Shown here piece after piece: positions 1-8,611 of a DNA stretch of 64,000 nt (position 1 is the stretch's first letter; every line of letters starts with the position of its first letter). Below the pieces are notes generated by a model. That model was not told the DNA's origin. It saw nothing but the letters and a program-made list of their open reading frames with translations, and searched no databases. The translations under genes and the position numbers were made by a program. The stretch comes from a virus (taxonomy: Duplodnaviria > Caudoviricetes), in IMG/VR virus record IMGVR_UViG_3300025389_001063; one strand, written 5' to 3'.

Positions 1-503
1 CTATTGGCAATTTCTAAACAGAAATCAAATTTATCTGGTGCCATCATAATATTAACATGTGTTCTTAAATCATTATGCAAAAGTTTAATTACATTTAAAA
101 AATGTTCTGGATTACCATATTCTGGATGAAAACTTAAACATACATGATCAAAATATTGTTTATGACTTTCCCACCATTTAATAGTTCTTGAACTGTTACT
201 AATAAGTCCAACCCTTGCTCCTAACGATGTTACATGTTGGCAAAGTTCTGTAAAGTGTTTATACAATGTAACTTCACCACCAGTAAATTCAAAATAAACT
301 TTTTTTGGAGCAACTTGATTTACAACTTTAGTAACAAAGTTTTTAACTGCTCCAATGTCTGGCCATTTTTTAGAACCATCGTGTAACCCTTCTGGACAGT
401 AACTACAAGAAAAATTACAGGTATTACCTAAACACCAGTTAACTACAAACCAGTTTTTATTTAAAGGATTTTGATGATCTAATAGAATATAAGAATGTTT
501 CAT
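1..503 (-). CDS. Radical SAM protein, runs off the left edge of the window (partial)
   Basis: Manual minus-strand translation from ATG 503: MKHSYILLDHQNPLNKNWFVVNWCLGNTCNFSCSYCPEGLHDG. It has the CxxxCxxC motif and resembles 17319-18215. Confidence 0.8.
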   Translation of the reverse strand, partial: MKHSYILLDHQNPLNKNWFVVNWCLGNTCNFSCSYCPEGLHDGSKKWPDIGAVKNFVTKVVNQVAPKKVYFEFTGGEVTLYKHFTELCQHVTSLGARVGLISNSSRTIKWWESHKQYFDHVCLSFHPEYGNPEHFLNVIKLLHNDLRTHVNIMMAPDKFDFCLEIAN

Positions 504-608
504 GACATTACTATATAAGTGTTTTTGATAATTTACAACGTTATTATTGGCTCGATAGATATTGTAATAAATTAAATAATATGCTTTAATAGTTGCTAGG
601 AGAATATT

Positions 609-1070
609 ATGCCCGTATTGTATATGTTAGTTGGTGTTCCTGCTTCTGGAAAGAGTACTTGGGTAAAGAAGCATCAGAACAGCAATACTCTTGTAGCAAG
701 TTCGGATGATTTTATAGAGAAACAAGCCGAGAGACTGGGTTCTACGTATAATGATGTCTTCAATGACTATGTTAAGGCAGGAAATACTCATGCTATTGAA
801 ACTGCCCGCAAAGCCTTTAGTGATAAAATGGATTTAATTTGGGATCAGACAAATCTCACAAAAAACGGTCGTCGTAATAAATTAAAGATGGTTCCAAAAG
901 ATTATAAAAAGATTGCTGTCTTCTTTTCCATTCCACATATGGACGTTCTTAAGAAACGTTTAGCAAGTCGTCCAGGTAAAAACATTCCAGACTATGTTAT
1001 GAATAGTATGATTAAAACTATCGAAAAACCATCCAAGGACGAAGGATTTGACGATGTGATTACAGTGTAG
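609..1070 (+). CDS. P-loop kinase (AAA_33 / polynucleotide 5'-kinase-like)
   Basis: Walker A GVPASGKST, DQTN motif and LKKRLASR lid. Confidence 0.8.
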   Translation: MPVLYMLVGVPASGKSTWVKKHQNSNTLVASSDDFIEKQAERLGSTYNDVFNDYVKAGNTHAIETARKAFSDKMDLIWDQTNLTKNGRRNKLKMVPKDYKKIAVFFSIPHMDVLKKRLASRPGKNIPDYVMNSMIKTIEKPSKDEGFDDVITV

Positions 1071-1091
1071 TATAATCTACATAATGGAGTA

Positions 1092-1484
1092 ATGAAAATG
1101 AAAACCTTCACAAAAACAATCGTCGTTGGATTAATCTTATGTTCTAATCCTCTCTATGCACAAACTTATTTAGAATCTAATAAAGAAGAAGTTCCTTGTG
1201 AATGGGAGTCTGAAACAGATAGTGGCAAGGGAATATGCCATATTATAGCACAAGGTACTCAGATGGGAGAAACTACTACTTCCTTCCGAATTAGTAACCG
1301 ACCAGAAGTGTTTACAATTAGCGATCAAGAGCAACCAACTATATCACTCGAAGAAAGTAAAGACCATTGGAAGATTGTTTGGAAAGGCAAACTGCTAGAA
1401 GATAATTGGCAAGAAATTGGTGGAAATCACGCTACAGAAACAATCAGATTAAGTAATGGATTAAAAGTTATACTTCATCGATAG
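1092..1484 (+). CDS. Hypothetical secreted protein
   Basis: ORF with SD (GGAG) and a signal-peptide-like N-terminus. Confidence 0.6.
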   Translation: MKMKTFTKTIVVGLILCSNPLYAQTYLESNKEEVPCEWESETDSGKGICHIIAQGTQMGETTTSFRISNRPEVFTISDQEQPTISLEESKDHWKIVWKGKLLEDNWQEIGGNHATETIRLSNGLKVILHR

Positions 1485-1485
1485 G

Positions 1486-1513
1486 TTGACAGCATCCACT
1501 CCTGTGCTATTAT
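1486..1513 (+). promoter_or_regulatory. Early sigma70-type promoter (example of a recurring GTTGAC...TGCTATTAT class)
   Basis: TTGACA-N16-TATTAT followed by AAGGAG SD. Similar elements occur near 1807, 2255, 2588, 8578, 10021, 11399, 15429, 38695, 44326, 49983, 55962 and 57852. Confidence 0.7.
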
Positions 1514-1540
1514 GTATTATAGGCAATAAGGAGCAAGCAG

Positions 1541-1804
1541 ATGGTTTACTTAGTTTATCACATTAAACGTAAACAATCCGTTAAATGGTATCTTACAGAA
1601 CGTGGAGCCAAAATTGGTAAGGCTGCTATGAATCGTAAGGCCGGACATGAGGCATACGGTGTTATGGAAGAAAATGCTTTCAACACTGTATACAATCAAA
1701 AGGTTGCTGTTAAGAACTTAATGAATGGTAAAGATGTTTACATTAACCAGCAAGATGTTGGTGGTGTTTGTGATCCGTCCACCGAAAGGTACTGGTCCAT
1801 GTAA
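1541..1804 (+). CDS. Hypothetical early protein
   Basis: ORF after promoter and AAGGAG SD. Confidence 0.7.
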   Translation: MVYLVYHIKRKQSVKWYLTERGAKIGKAAMNRKAGHEAYGVMEENAFNTVYNQKVAVKNLMNGKDVYINQQDVGGVCDPSTERYWSM

Positions 1805-1859
1805 GGTTGACATACTTCGCAAAGGTGCTAATATATAATTGTAGATAAAGGAGCAGGCT

Positions 1860-2045
1860 ATGTTTGATGTTCGCAAAACTGATCACTGGACTTTCGCAGA
1901 CTTTATTGAGGAGATTATTGATTTAAGTGAGATACTCGAAATTCCAGGTATCAGTGATAAGCGTGGCTTGTTAATTAAGGAAGTGTGGAAGCGTTTTCCT
2001 AATGAATGTACAGCATTAGGATTGACAGACGGACTTACACAATAA
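1860..2045 (+). CDS. Hypothetical early protein
   Basis: ORF after promoter and AAGGAG SD. Confidence 0.65.
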   Translation: MFDVRKTDHWTFADFIEEIIDLSEILEIPGISDKRGLLIKEVWKRFPNECTALGLTDGLTQ

Positions 2046-2046
2046 A

Positions 2047-2268
2047 ATGGTAAAGTCCATAATACATGTTAACCAACATGTAATTCGTTCCAATCATAAG
2101 ACTGGTTCTCGCGAGCCAGTCATAACCGTTAAGCAAGGTAAGAAGAATACCTATGCCCACGAAGTTGAGATACTAGGACCAAGCCGTGTTGTTTATAGTC
2201 CGGACAAGCCTTTGAGTTGTGGAGCAAGAGTTTGGATTGAAACGACTAGTGAGGTTGACATAAAGTAA
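2047..2268 (+). CDS. Conserved phage hypothetical protein
   Basis: IHVNQHVIR...PLSCGARVWIET is a sequence type common in large phages. Confidence 0.65.
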   Translation: MVKSIIHVNQHVIRSNHKTGSREPVITVKQGKKNTYAHEVEILGPSRVVYSPDKPLSCGARVWIETTSEVDIK

Positions 2269-2282
2269 ATAGGTACTATAGT
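2255..2282 (+). promoter_or_regulatory. Sigma70-type promoter upstream of the candidate ncRNA
   Basis: TTGACA (2255-2260), N16, TATAGT. The predicted start site falls close to the 5' arm at 2294. Confidence 0.55.
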
Positions 2283-2293
2283 AAGTATATAAA

Positions 2294-2584
2294 GTGTTGC
2301 TACATCTACACATCAACAACAGATTCGCGATATGTTGGCTGTTGGTCTAATGGATAGGACGCCTTCGCGTAGGAAATGTGGGTTCGATGCCCATACAGCA
2401 GGTGTGTAGATGTAGCAACATTAAGAGTTGCTGGATTACTATTGAGCGGTTTCTAGATCTGCTCATGTGCTTACCAGTAGAGGGTCCCGATACCTCTATA
2501 AAAACAGGGGTGAATTTGGAGTCTGGACCGTAGGACGCCACGGATGAGCATACTAGTCACTGCTTCGAATCGGAAATGTCCTAC
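2294..2584 (+). ncRNA. Candidate structured ncRNA with a tRNA-elbow module inside a 21-bp terminal stem, plus further hairpins
   Basis: 2294-2314 pairs with 2401-2421. The enclosed segment has a D arm (GTCT-AATGGATA-GGAC) and a T arm (GTGGG-TTCGATG-CCCAT). The region is GC-rich with no credible ORF. Confidence 0.6.
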
Positions 2585-2620
2585 ACTTGACAACATTTCT
2601 ATATATGTTATTATAACATT

Positions 2621-2770
2621 ATGGACAATAAGGTGAAAGTTTGGATTGTTCTTAAGAATGGCAAAGTGGACGAAGTATTCGTAAATGAATCTGCCGCTAT
2701 TAGTCATCTTAATAAACTTAATAGCCAACACGTTCACGCTGAACTCATTATCAAAGAGGTCAAACGATGA
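2621..2770 (+). CDS. Small hypothetical protein (49 aa, not in ORF track)
   Basis: MDNKVKVWIVLKNGKVDEVFV... follows a TTGACA promoter and its stop overlaps the next start (ATGA). Confidence 0.55.
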   Translation: MDNKVKVWIVLKNGKVDEVFVNESAAISHLNKLNSQHVHAELIIKEVKR

Positions 2771-3180
2771 CATACGCAATTCCCGCAGTTGGAACAGATA
2801 TTGAAGTTTGTATTGCCAATCCACTTCCAATTTCTGCTCGCTATCCAGGTATGCCAGATCGTAATTGGTACCGCGGCAAGATCCTAAAGTCATTAAATTG
2901 GATGACAGGTGACATGTTCTGTTTGTCAACAGACAATAGAGAATCACCTGTTCGTGTACTAGACAAGGACAGAGTATTAGAACTGCGATTAGCAGAAAGT
3001 TCTGTAGAGGTAAAAGAGAATTCTAATTTCCACTGCTATCAAGTTGACGGCAGTAAGGGATCTGTATATAATGTAATCAACGATAGCGGTAAGTGGACAT
3101 GTGATTGTCCTGCGTTCTCCTTCCGCAAAGGTAAGAAGGTAGAGTGTAAGCATATTAAACAGATACAGGAATCGTTGTAA
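2767..3180 (+). CDS. SWIM zinc-finger protein
   Basis: C-terminal WTCDCPAF...CKHI (CxC...CxH). Confidence 0.7.
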   Translation: MTYAIPAVGTDIEVCIANPLPISARYPGMPDRNWYRGKILKSLNWMTGDMFCLSTDNRESPVRVLDKDRVLELRLAESSVEVKENSNFHCYQVDGSKGSVYNVINDSGKWTCDCPAFSFRKGKKVECKHIKQIQESL

Positions 3181-3578
3181 TGGCTGATATCAATGAAATG
3201 GTTGGACTAACCTTTCACCACATTGAGGGTAAGGTTGAGGATGACGAATTGCTGTTCGTTGGAGTAGGCGATGTTCCTACCTTTAAGTTCTACCACAAGC
3301 AGGATTGCTGCGAGAATGTAAGCATTGCAGAGATCCACGGTGACCTTGAGGATCTTGTAGGAGTGCCAATTCTCGAGGCTCGCGAGGATACGCAGGAAGG
3401 CGTAGTCGGTTATTTTGAAAGTTCCACTTGGACTTTCTATAACTTCCGCACCATTAAGGGTTCTGTAACCGTTCGTTGGTTAGGTACTTCAAATGGCTAC
3501 TATAGCGAAAGCGTAGACCTGATACGATTACCAACTGAATATGAAGAAATAGTAAAGGATGTGAAAGATGAAGATTAG
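3180..3578 (+). CDS. Conserved phage hypothetical protein
   Basis: YHKQDCCENV and WLGTSNGYYSE motifs; translationally coupled to the previous gene. Confidence 0.65.
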   Translation: MADINEMVGLTFHHIEGKVEDDELLFVGVGDVPTFKFYHKQDCCENVSIAEIHGDLEDLVGVPILEAREDTQEGVVGYFESSTWTFYNFRTIKGSVTVRWLGTSNGYYSESVDLIRLPTEYEEIVKDVKDED

Positions 3579-3756
3579 TGTTGACTTCAATGATGAGATT
3601 ATAACCGGTTTGGTTATTGAAAGTCTCAAGAATGATTACGACCTTTGTGATGAGGATGAGGTGCGTAATGCCATACAAGTCGTGTTGGAATATTATATGG
3701 CTCCAGGCGAATGGGCAGATTGGAATGCCTCAAAGAAAGAAATAAGTTATGAGTGA
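3568..3756 (+). CDS. Hypothetical protein
   Basis: Overlapping ORF chain with SD. Confidence 0.55.
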   Translation: MKISVDFNDEIITGLVIESLKNDYDLCDEDEVRNAIQVVLEYYMAPGEWADWNASKKEISYE

Positions 3757-4021
3757 TCTTGTAAAGAAATTACGATCATATCCATCTTCCACTTGTAAGG
3801 ATGCGGATATCTATGCTGCTGCTGACAGGATTGAGGAACTAGAGGCTTCTATTGATAAAAACGACGAATGGGCAAAGTGGTTCATTGAGAAAACTGACAC
3901 CCGTATTGCGGAACTAGAGGCGGCGTTACAGCCGTTTGCTGAACTAGGCGATAACTTCTCTGATAGCGAAGTGATGGAAAGCATACGCCATGCCCGTAAG
4001 GTAATAGGAGAGAAAGAATGA
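3749..4021 (+). CDS. Hypothetical coiled-coil protein
   Basis: AADRIEELEA / RIAELEAAL motifs typical of small phage proteins. Confidence 0.6.
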   Translation: MSDLVKKLRSYPSSTCKDADIYAAADRIEELEASIDKNDEWAKWFIEKTDTRIAELEAALQPFAELGDNFSDSEVMESIRHARKVIGEKE

Positions 4022-4347
4022 CTAAAGTTCTTTATAATACTCACTGGGGTATATACAGCATTCCACTTGAAGTTCTAAAAAGATATAATGAACTTACTGG
4101 AATTGATCATGATGTTCTCCTTACCTTTTCGGACGAGATTCCTCGTCACGATCCTTTGCTTGTTCAAGCCTTTGAAGAGTATCTTGCTGAAGAAAAGAAC
4201 TTAAACAATACAGACGTTCGCATTACAGAAATTCGAGGTAATCGTTATAGAATACAAGAATATGATGGCAACGAAAGCGTAATCGAGCCTGAAGATGAGG
4301 TCTGGATAGAAGTGAATGAAGGTGGTCATGAATCTATACTCAATTAA
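4018..4347 (+). CDS. Conserved phage hypothetical protein
   Basis: IPRHDPLLVQ...YRIQEYDGNE motifs. Confidence 0.6.
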   Translation: MTKVLYNTHWGIYSIPLEVLKRYNELTGIDHDVLLTFSDEIPRHDPLLVQAFEEYLAEEKNLNNTDVRITEIRGNRYRIQEYDGNESVIEPEDEVWIEVNEGGHESILN

Positions 4348-4476
4348 ATGGCGAACACATCCATATCATCCAATTAAGAGACCAGCACCACTGTTGTGTC
4401 GACATTATACAGCCTTTATTATCTATCCAAATTATTCTTATTTGATCAAGCGAGTAAACAGCAGGAGACCGAAGAG

Positions 4477-4803
4477 ATGACCACTTGGAATGATATTGAA
4501 AGAGTTCGCTGCTTAGATGAACTTTGTGAGAAGTTGGGCTTCACATATCAACCCGATGGGTATGGCACCAGTCATATCTTGCTTAATGCTACCGATGAGT
4601 TAGTTGTCTATGCTAAACACATAAGTCTCTATCGTGGTAATGTAGAAGATATGATTAACTTCCTTAAAGGTTGGGAGCAGGCACATCTGTATCTCAATAT
4701 TCTAGGTGCTATTAATGAAAAGAGGATCGAACGGTCAAAGTTAGACTATCGCAATAAGCATTTGGTTAAAATCATTAAAGGAAAAGATGACATACTCTGT
4801 TGA
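4477..4803 (+). CDS. Hypothetical protein
   Basis: Start moved to ATG 4477, which follows an AGGAG SD. Confidence 0.6.
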   Translation: MTTWNDIERVRCLDELCEKLGFTYQPDGYGTSHILLNATDELVVYAKHISLYRGNVEDMINFLKGWEQAHLYLNILGAINEKRIERSKLDYRNKHLVKIIKGKDDILC

Positions 4804-5035
4804 AGTAGAACATTACGATAAACAACTTGGTAAATGTCTTAACTATCTACGACTAAATGGAAAGAATCCACAACCAGCAATATCAGGTTTATCATATTAT
4901 GATAAATTAATCTCACAGATGGAACAGGAAATGGATATTAAAGTTCATTGGTTAGATGGCGAGGCTCGTGTTTGGTATAAATTAGAATTTGAAAATGAAA
5001 ATAAATTCTTATTATGGTTGATGAGGTTCTCATGA
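4787..5035 (+). CDS. Hypothetical protein
   Basis: Ends FLLWLMRFS; part of an overlapping ORF chain. Confidence 0.55.
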   Translation: MTYSVEVEHYDKQLGKCLNYLRLNGKNPQPAISGLSYYDKLISQMEQEMDIKVHWLDGEARVWYKLEFENENKFLLWLMRFS

Positions 5036-5250
5036 ATTCTCCGCAGACTAAGTATCTCTGGCACGATGGTGCTAAAAGATATTACATTAAAGATCCCGTT
5101 GACGGCGGTCGCGTCTTGAGAAATGATTCACGAGACAAAATCTTTGCGTGGTGTAAGCAACATTGTAATGGTGATTACTGGATTGGCATGGGCTTTGGCA
5201 TGTTTGAATTAGATAGCGATGCTGCTCTATTTTTGTTGAGGTGGTCGTGA
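5032..5250 (+). CDS. Hypothetical protein
   Basis: Ends DAALFLLRWS; coupled start at 5032. Confidence 0.55.
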   Translation: MNSPQTKYLWHDGAKRYYIKDPVDGGRVLRNDSRDKIFAWCKQHCNGDYWIGMGFGMFELDSDAALFLLRWS

Positions 5251-5754
5251 TTAGTCGTTGTAACCTTTAGAAACTTTACGCTGACCTTTGTATGCCTTCA
5301 TTCCTTTAATAGGTATATTCAATTTACCAGCAAGTTCAATAATGCTTGGTGGTATCTTATCTTGTGGAATATCTGGATTAATTTCAATATGACTTATGAA
5401 AGGTTGTTTGAGAGGAATCGGAACTAGAACTTCTTCTTCCTTTTCTGGATCCTTACCTTTAGGAGTGCCTTTATAATAAGGGGACCAACCAAATAGTTGT
5501 ACTTTTATACCTGCTCTTCTTAGGGCATCACGATCTATAGCAAATTGAGCAGCACCTTCATAATTTGGGAAGCGATAGAATTGATCGCGAGTTAGACTAA
5601 TAACAGGATTAGTTCTACCCATCTCAGAACCATGTGTGGCTACACGAGGGAGGATCTTACCACTTTGTAAGATCTTTTCTAATATAGAAAAACTGTATAC
5701 ACTGTGGTATAAGAGGTTGGCTCCAACGGCTTCGACGAGTTCTGAAATCTTCAT
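5251..5754 (-). CDS. Hypothetical late protein with an MKISELVE N-terminus
   Basis: TAAATA lies 5 nt before the ATG. LYH and ISLTRD motifs are weakly ADP-ribosyltransferase-like. Confidence 0.6.
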   Translation of the reverse strand: MKISELVEAVGANLLYHSVYSFSILEKILQSGKILPRVATHGSEMGRTNPVISLTRDQFYRFPNYEGAAQFAIDRDALRRAGIKVQLFGWSPYYKGTPKGKDPEKEEEVLVPIPLKQPFISHIEINPDIPQDKIPPSIIELAGKLNIPIKGMKAYKGQRKVSKGYND

Positions 5755-5762
5755 ACTATTAT

Positions 5763-6047
5763 TTACAGGATTACGTCTATGATTACGTCCTTAACTACTT
5801 CTTCTGCGATCTCGACGCCTTCTTTCTCTAACTCTGCTTCAACTTCTTTAATAAGTTTTTTACTCTTTTTCTTTAATCTACAAAATCCACGCACTACTGA
5901 TTCAAATAGTGGTTTTGCTACAGTTGGTGCTACTACTGAAGCAACACCTACAACTATGCCTGGAAGAAGTGCTGCTTCTACAACGGCTGCTCCAACTGCT
6001 ATTACTGCTACCGAAGTAACTGTTGACTGAATATGTTCTTGCTTCAT
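5763..6047 (-). CDS. Small membrane protein with an acidic tail
   Basis: Start ATG 6047 after GGAG SD; hydrophobic Ala/Val-rich segment. Confidence 0.55.
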   Translation of the reverse strand: MKQEHIQSTVTSVAVIAVGAAVVEAALLPGIVVGVASVVAPTVAKPLFESVVRGFCRLKKKSKKLIKEVEAELEKEGVEIAEEVVKDVIIDVIL

Positions 6048-6120
6048 TTCGATTCTCCACGTATATTTAACAAGAAATAACCCGCTATATCTTAAAATAC
6101 CAGTTAATAAATAGAAGAAC

Positions 6121-6864
6121 ATGACACAGAGAAACAGAAAAGAATATAGATCAATCTTTATCTCAGATGTACATTTAGGTACAAAATACGCCAACGCCGA
6201 ATTACTCCTAGAATTTCTAAAAGATACAAGAGCCGAAAGATACTATCTAATCGGTGATATTATTGATGGTTGGTCTATGAAGAAGAAAGTGTACTGGCCA
6301 CAAGCACATAATAACATAGTACAATACTTTCTAAAACTATCCAAAAACGATCACAAGGTTTTTTACATAACAGGTAATCACGATGAGTTCTTAAGAGAAT
6401 ACGGTGGAACCACAATGGGAAATATTCATCTTGTAAATGAATGTATCCATCACGGTGAGAATGGAAAAAGATATCTAGTTATCCATGGTGACCAATTTGA
6501 TCTTGTTACCACTAACGCTAAATGGTTAGTTCATATCGGCAGTTGGGCATATGATTGTATGATTGAACTTAATACAAAATTACAATGGCTTTATAGAACT
6601 TTGGATATTAAAGGTTTCTCATTAAGTGCTTGGGCAAAGCATAGTGTTAAAGAAGCAGTAAACTTTATTGGTGATTACGAAGATGTTGTTTCAGACTATG
6701 CTGCTAAAAAATGTGTTGACGGAGTTATATGTGGTCACATACATTTTTGTAATATCAAAGAGATGAACGGCATACAATATATGAATACAGGTGACTGGGT
6801 AGAATCATGTACTGCTATAGTTGAACATCACAATGGAAAGTTTGAGTTGTTGAGGTTCTTATGA
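6121..6864 (+). CDS. plcP: PlcP-type phospholipase C (LpxH-like metallophosphoesterase)
   Basis: Motifs FISDVHLG, GDIIDGW, YWPQ, GNHDEFLR, HGDQFD, SLSAWAK..VKEAVNFIG, DGVICGHIH and YMNTGDWVESCTA. It sits next to an Agt-like glycosyltransferase. Confidence 0.8.
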   Translation: MTQRNRKEYRSIFISDVHLGTKYANAELLLEFLKDTRAERYYLIGDIIDGWSMKKKVYWPQAHNNIVQYFLKLSKNDHKVFYITGNHDEFLREYGGTTMGNIHLVNECIHHGENGKRYLVIHGDQFDLVTTNAKWLVHIGSWAYDCMIELNTKLQWLYRTLDIKGFSLSAWAKHSVKEAVNFIGDYEDVVSDYAAKKCVDGVICGHIHFCNIKEMNGIQYMNTGDWVESCTAIVEHHNGKFELLRFL

Positions 6865-7577
6865 GTAATTTAGAAAAAAATTATCGCAAGATTTATGAAA
6901 ATCATCATGGTTCTATCCCAAAAGGCTATCATATTCATCACAAGGATGGAAATCATCTAAACAATCATATAGATAACTTACAATGCGTATCAGTACAAGA
7001 TCATTTTAATATTCATTTCTCTCAAGGAGACTGGGGTGCTTGTTATGCTTTATTCAAAACAGGGCATATGACATTAACTCCAGAGCAGAGATCAGATATT
7101 GCTAGTCGCCGCGAAAAGAAAAAAGTAGAAGATAAAGAACATATTTTTCTTAATCCAGAATTTGTTGCTATGGTTGCCGAAATAAATAGCAAAAGATTAC
7201 AAGAATTAGCAAAAGAAGGTAAACATCCGGCACAATTAGAAAAAAATAGAAAAAAGTTATCCGAAAGAAATTCAAAAACACAAAGCGACTTATCTAAAAA
7301 AGGAAAACACGTTTTCCAAAAAAAGGAACATCGTGAAAAACTTTCTAAAATAGTTAGCGAATCTAATAAAAGACGAGCAACTGGAACTAACTGGTGGAAT
7401 AATGGACAGAAAAATAAACAATCAAAGGAATGTCCAGGCAATGGTTGGACCATTGGGAGGTTAGAGGTTAGTGGCTCTAAAGGATTCAAATGGTGGAATA
7501 ATGGAATTAATAATGTTTTTACAAAAACTTTCCCAGGCAATGACTGGGTATCAGGAAGAATAAAAGAGGATAAATGA
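6861..7577 (+). mobile_element. HNH homing endonuclease with duplicated C-terminal WWNNG DNA-binding repeats
   Basis: HIHHKDGNHLNNHIDNL...H motif and two WWNNG...PG..W..GR repeats. It is wedged between plcP and agt with 4-nt overlaps. Confidence 0.8.
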
Positions 7578-8581
7578 TGAAAATTGTTATTTTTTCAGAT
7601 GCTTCGAGTAAGAATCAAATAAATGGCGTAAAATATACAATTGAACAAACTAAAAAATGTCTTGAATTAAGAGGTTATACTGTTACAATAATTGGACCAG
7701 ATGACTATAAGGTTACAGTTCCTCTTCAACCTTCAACTGGTATCTATATGCCAATATTTCCTCTTGGTCTTGTTGAAGATGCACTCGAGGACGCAGATTA
7801 TATTCATATAGCGACGGAGGGATCAATTGGACTTGCTGCCAGATACGCCTGTAAAAAACAAAAAAAGAAATATACTACAAGTTTTCATACTAAATTTCCA
7901 GACTACCTTTATGAACATGCTTATATTCCACCCAGAGTTACTGGTCGGTATTTTCGTTGGTTTCATCGAAACAGCAGTTCTGTTCTCGTTACAAACGCCG
8001 CCATGGTTAACTATTGTTCTAAACTGGGCATCAAACACCTAACAATCTGGTCAAGGGGTGTTGATACAAATCTATTCAAACCAGATCCTAATTTTAAGAG
8101 ACAAGGATCTGCTATTCGTGCTGTCTACGTTGGTAGAGTTAGTGCCGAAAAGAATCTAGAAGCATTTCTCAAAATAGAAAATCCTAATATCATAAAATAT
8201 GTCATTGGTGACGGACCACAATTAGATTCCTATAAAGTATTATATCCTGATGCTTTTTTTCTTGGTAAGAAGACACATGAAGAAATTGCTAAATTATTAC
8301 AAACAATGGATGTCTTTGCTTGGCCTTCGCTAACGGATACATTTGGACTTGTTGTATTGGAGGCTATGGCTTGTGGATTACCTGTTGCTGGATTCGATAA
8401 TGAAGTTAATCGTTACCTTATTGAAGATGGTATTTCTGGATCATTAATGAAATTTGATCTTGAAGAAGGTATATTAGCATCTTTTCAATGCTTGAAGAAA
8501 GAAGATGCTATCGCTCGTGCCCAAAAGTTTTCCTGGGACGCAGCAACAGATCAATTTGTTGACAATCTAGTTAAGTCTTGA
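7574..8581 (+). CDS. agt: GT4 glycosyltransferase, Agt-like (glycolipid synthase)
   Basis: Motifs QINGV, IHIATEGSIGLAAR, YTTSFHTKFPDY, WSRGVD, YVGRVSAEKNL and FPS-like WPSLTDTFGLVVLEAMACGLPV. Confidence 0.75.
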   Translation: MMKIVIFSDASSKNQINGVKYTIEQTKKCLELRGYTVTIIGPDDYKVTVPLQPSTGIYMPIFPLGLVEDALEDADYIHIATEGSIGLAARYACKKQKKKYTTSFHTKFPDYLYEHAYIPPRVTGRYFRWFHRNSSSVLVTNAAMVNYCSKLGIKHLTIWSRGVDTNLFKPDPNFKRQGSAIRAVYVGRVSAEKNLEAFLKIENPNIIKYVIGDGPQLDSYKVLYPDAFFLGKKTHEEIAKLLQTMDVFAWPSLTDTFGLVVLEAMACGLPVAGFDNEVNRYLIEDGISGSLMKFDLEEGILASFQCLKKEDAIARAQKFSWDAATDQFVDNLVKS

Positions 8582-8611
8582 CATAGTTCTTAAAGGTGTT
8601 ATTATAACACT

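Noticed and set aside
2294-2421. Ordinary tRNA or YrlA-type Y RNA
   Set aside because: The anticodon arm is too short, the acceptor stem is only 5 bp and there is no CCA. The long stem joins on the acceptor side, and no Ro60 gene is present in the window.
2421-2515. Twister-ribozyme-like look (UAA...GGUCCC...UAAAA...GGG)
   Set aside because: The catalytic GA before the GGG is AG here, P2 pairs over only 3 bp, and the UAA is out of register.
2540-2580. Hammerhead-like CGGAUGA...GAA
   Set aside because: The core should be CUGANGA with GAAA directly after stem II; neither holds.
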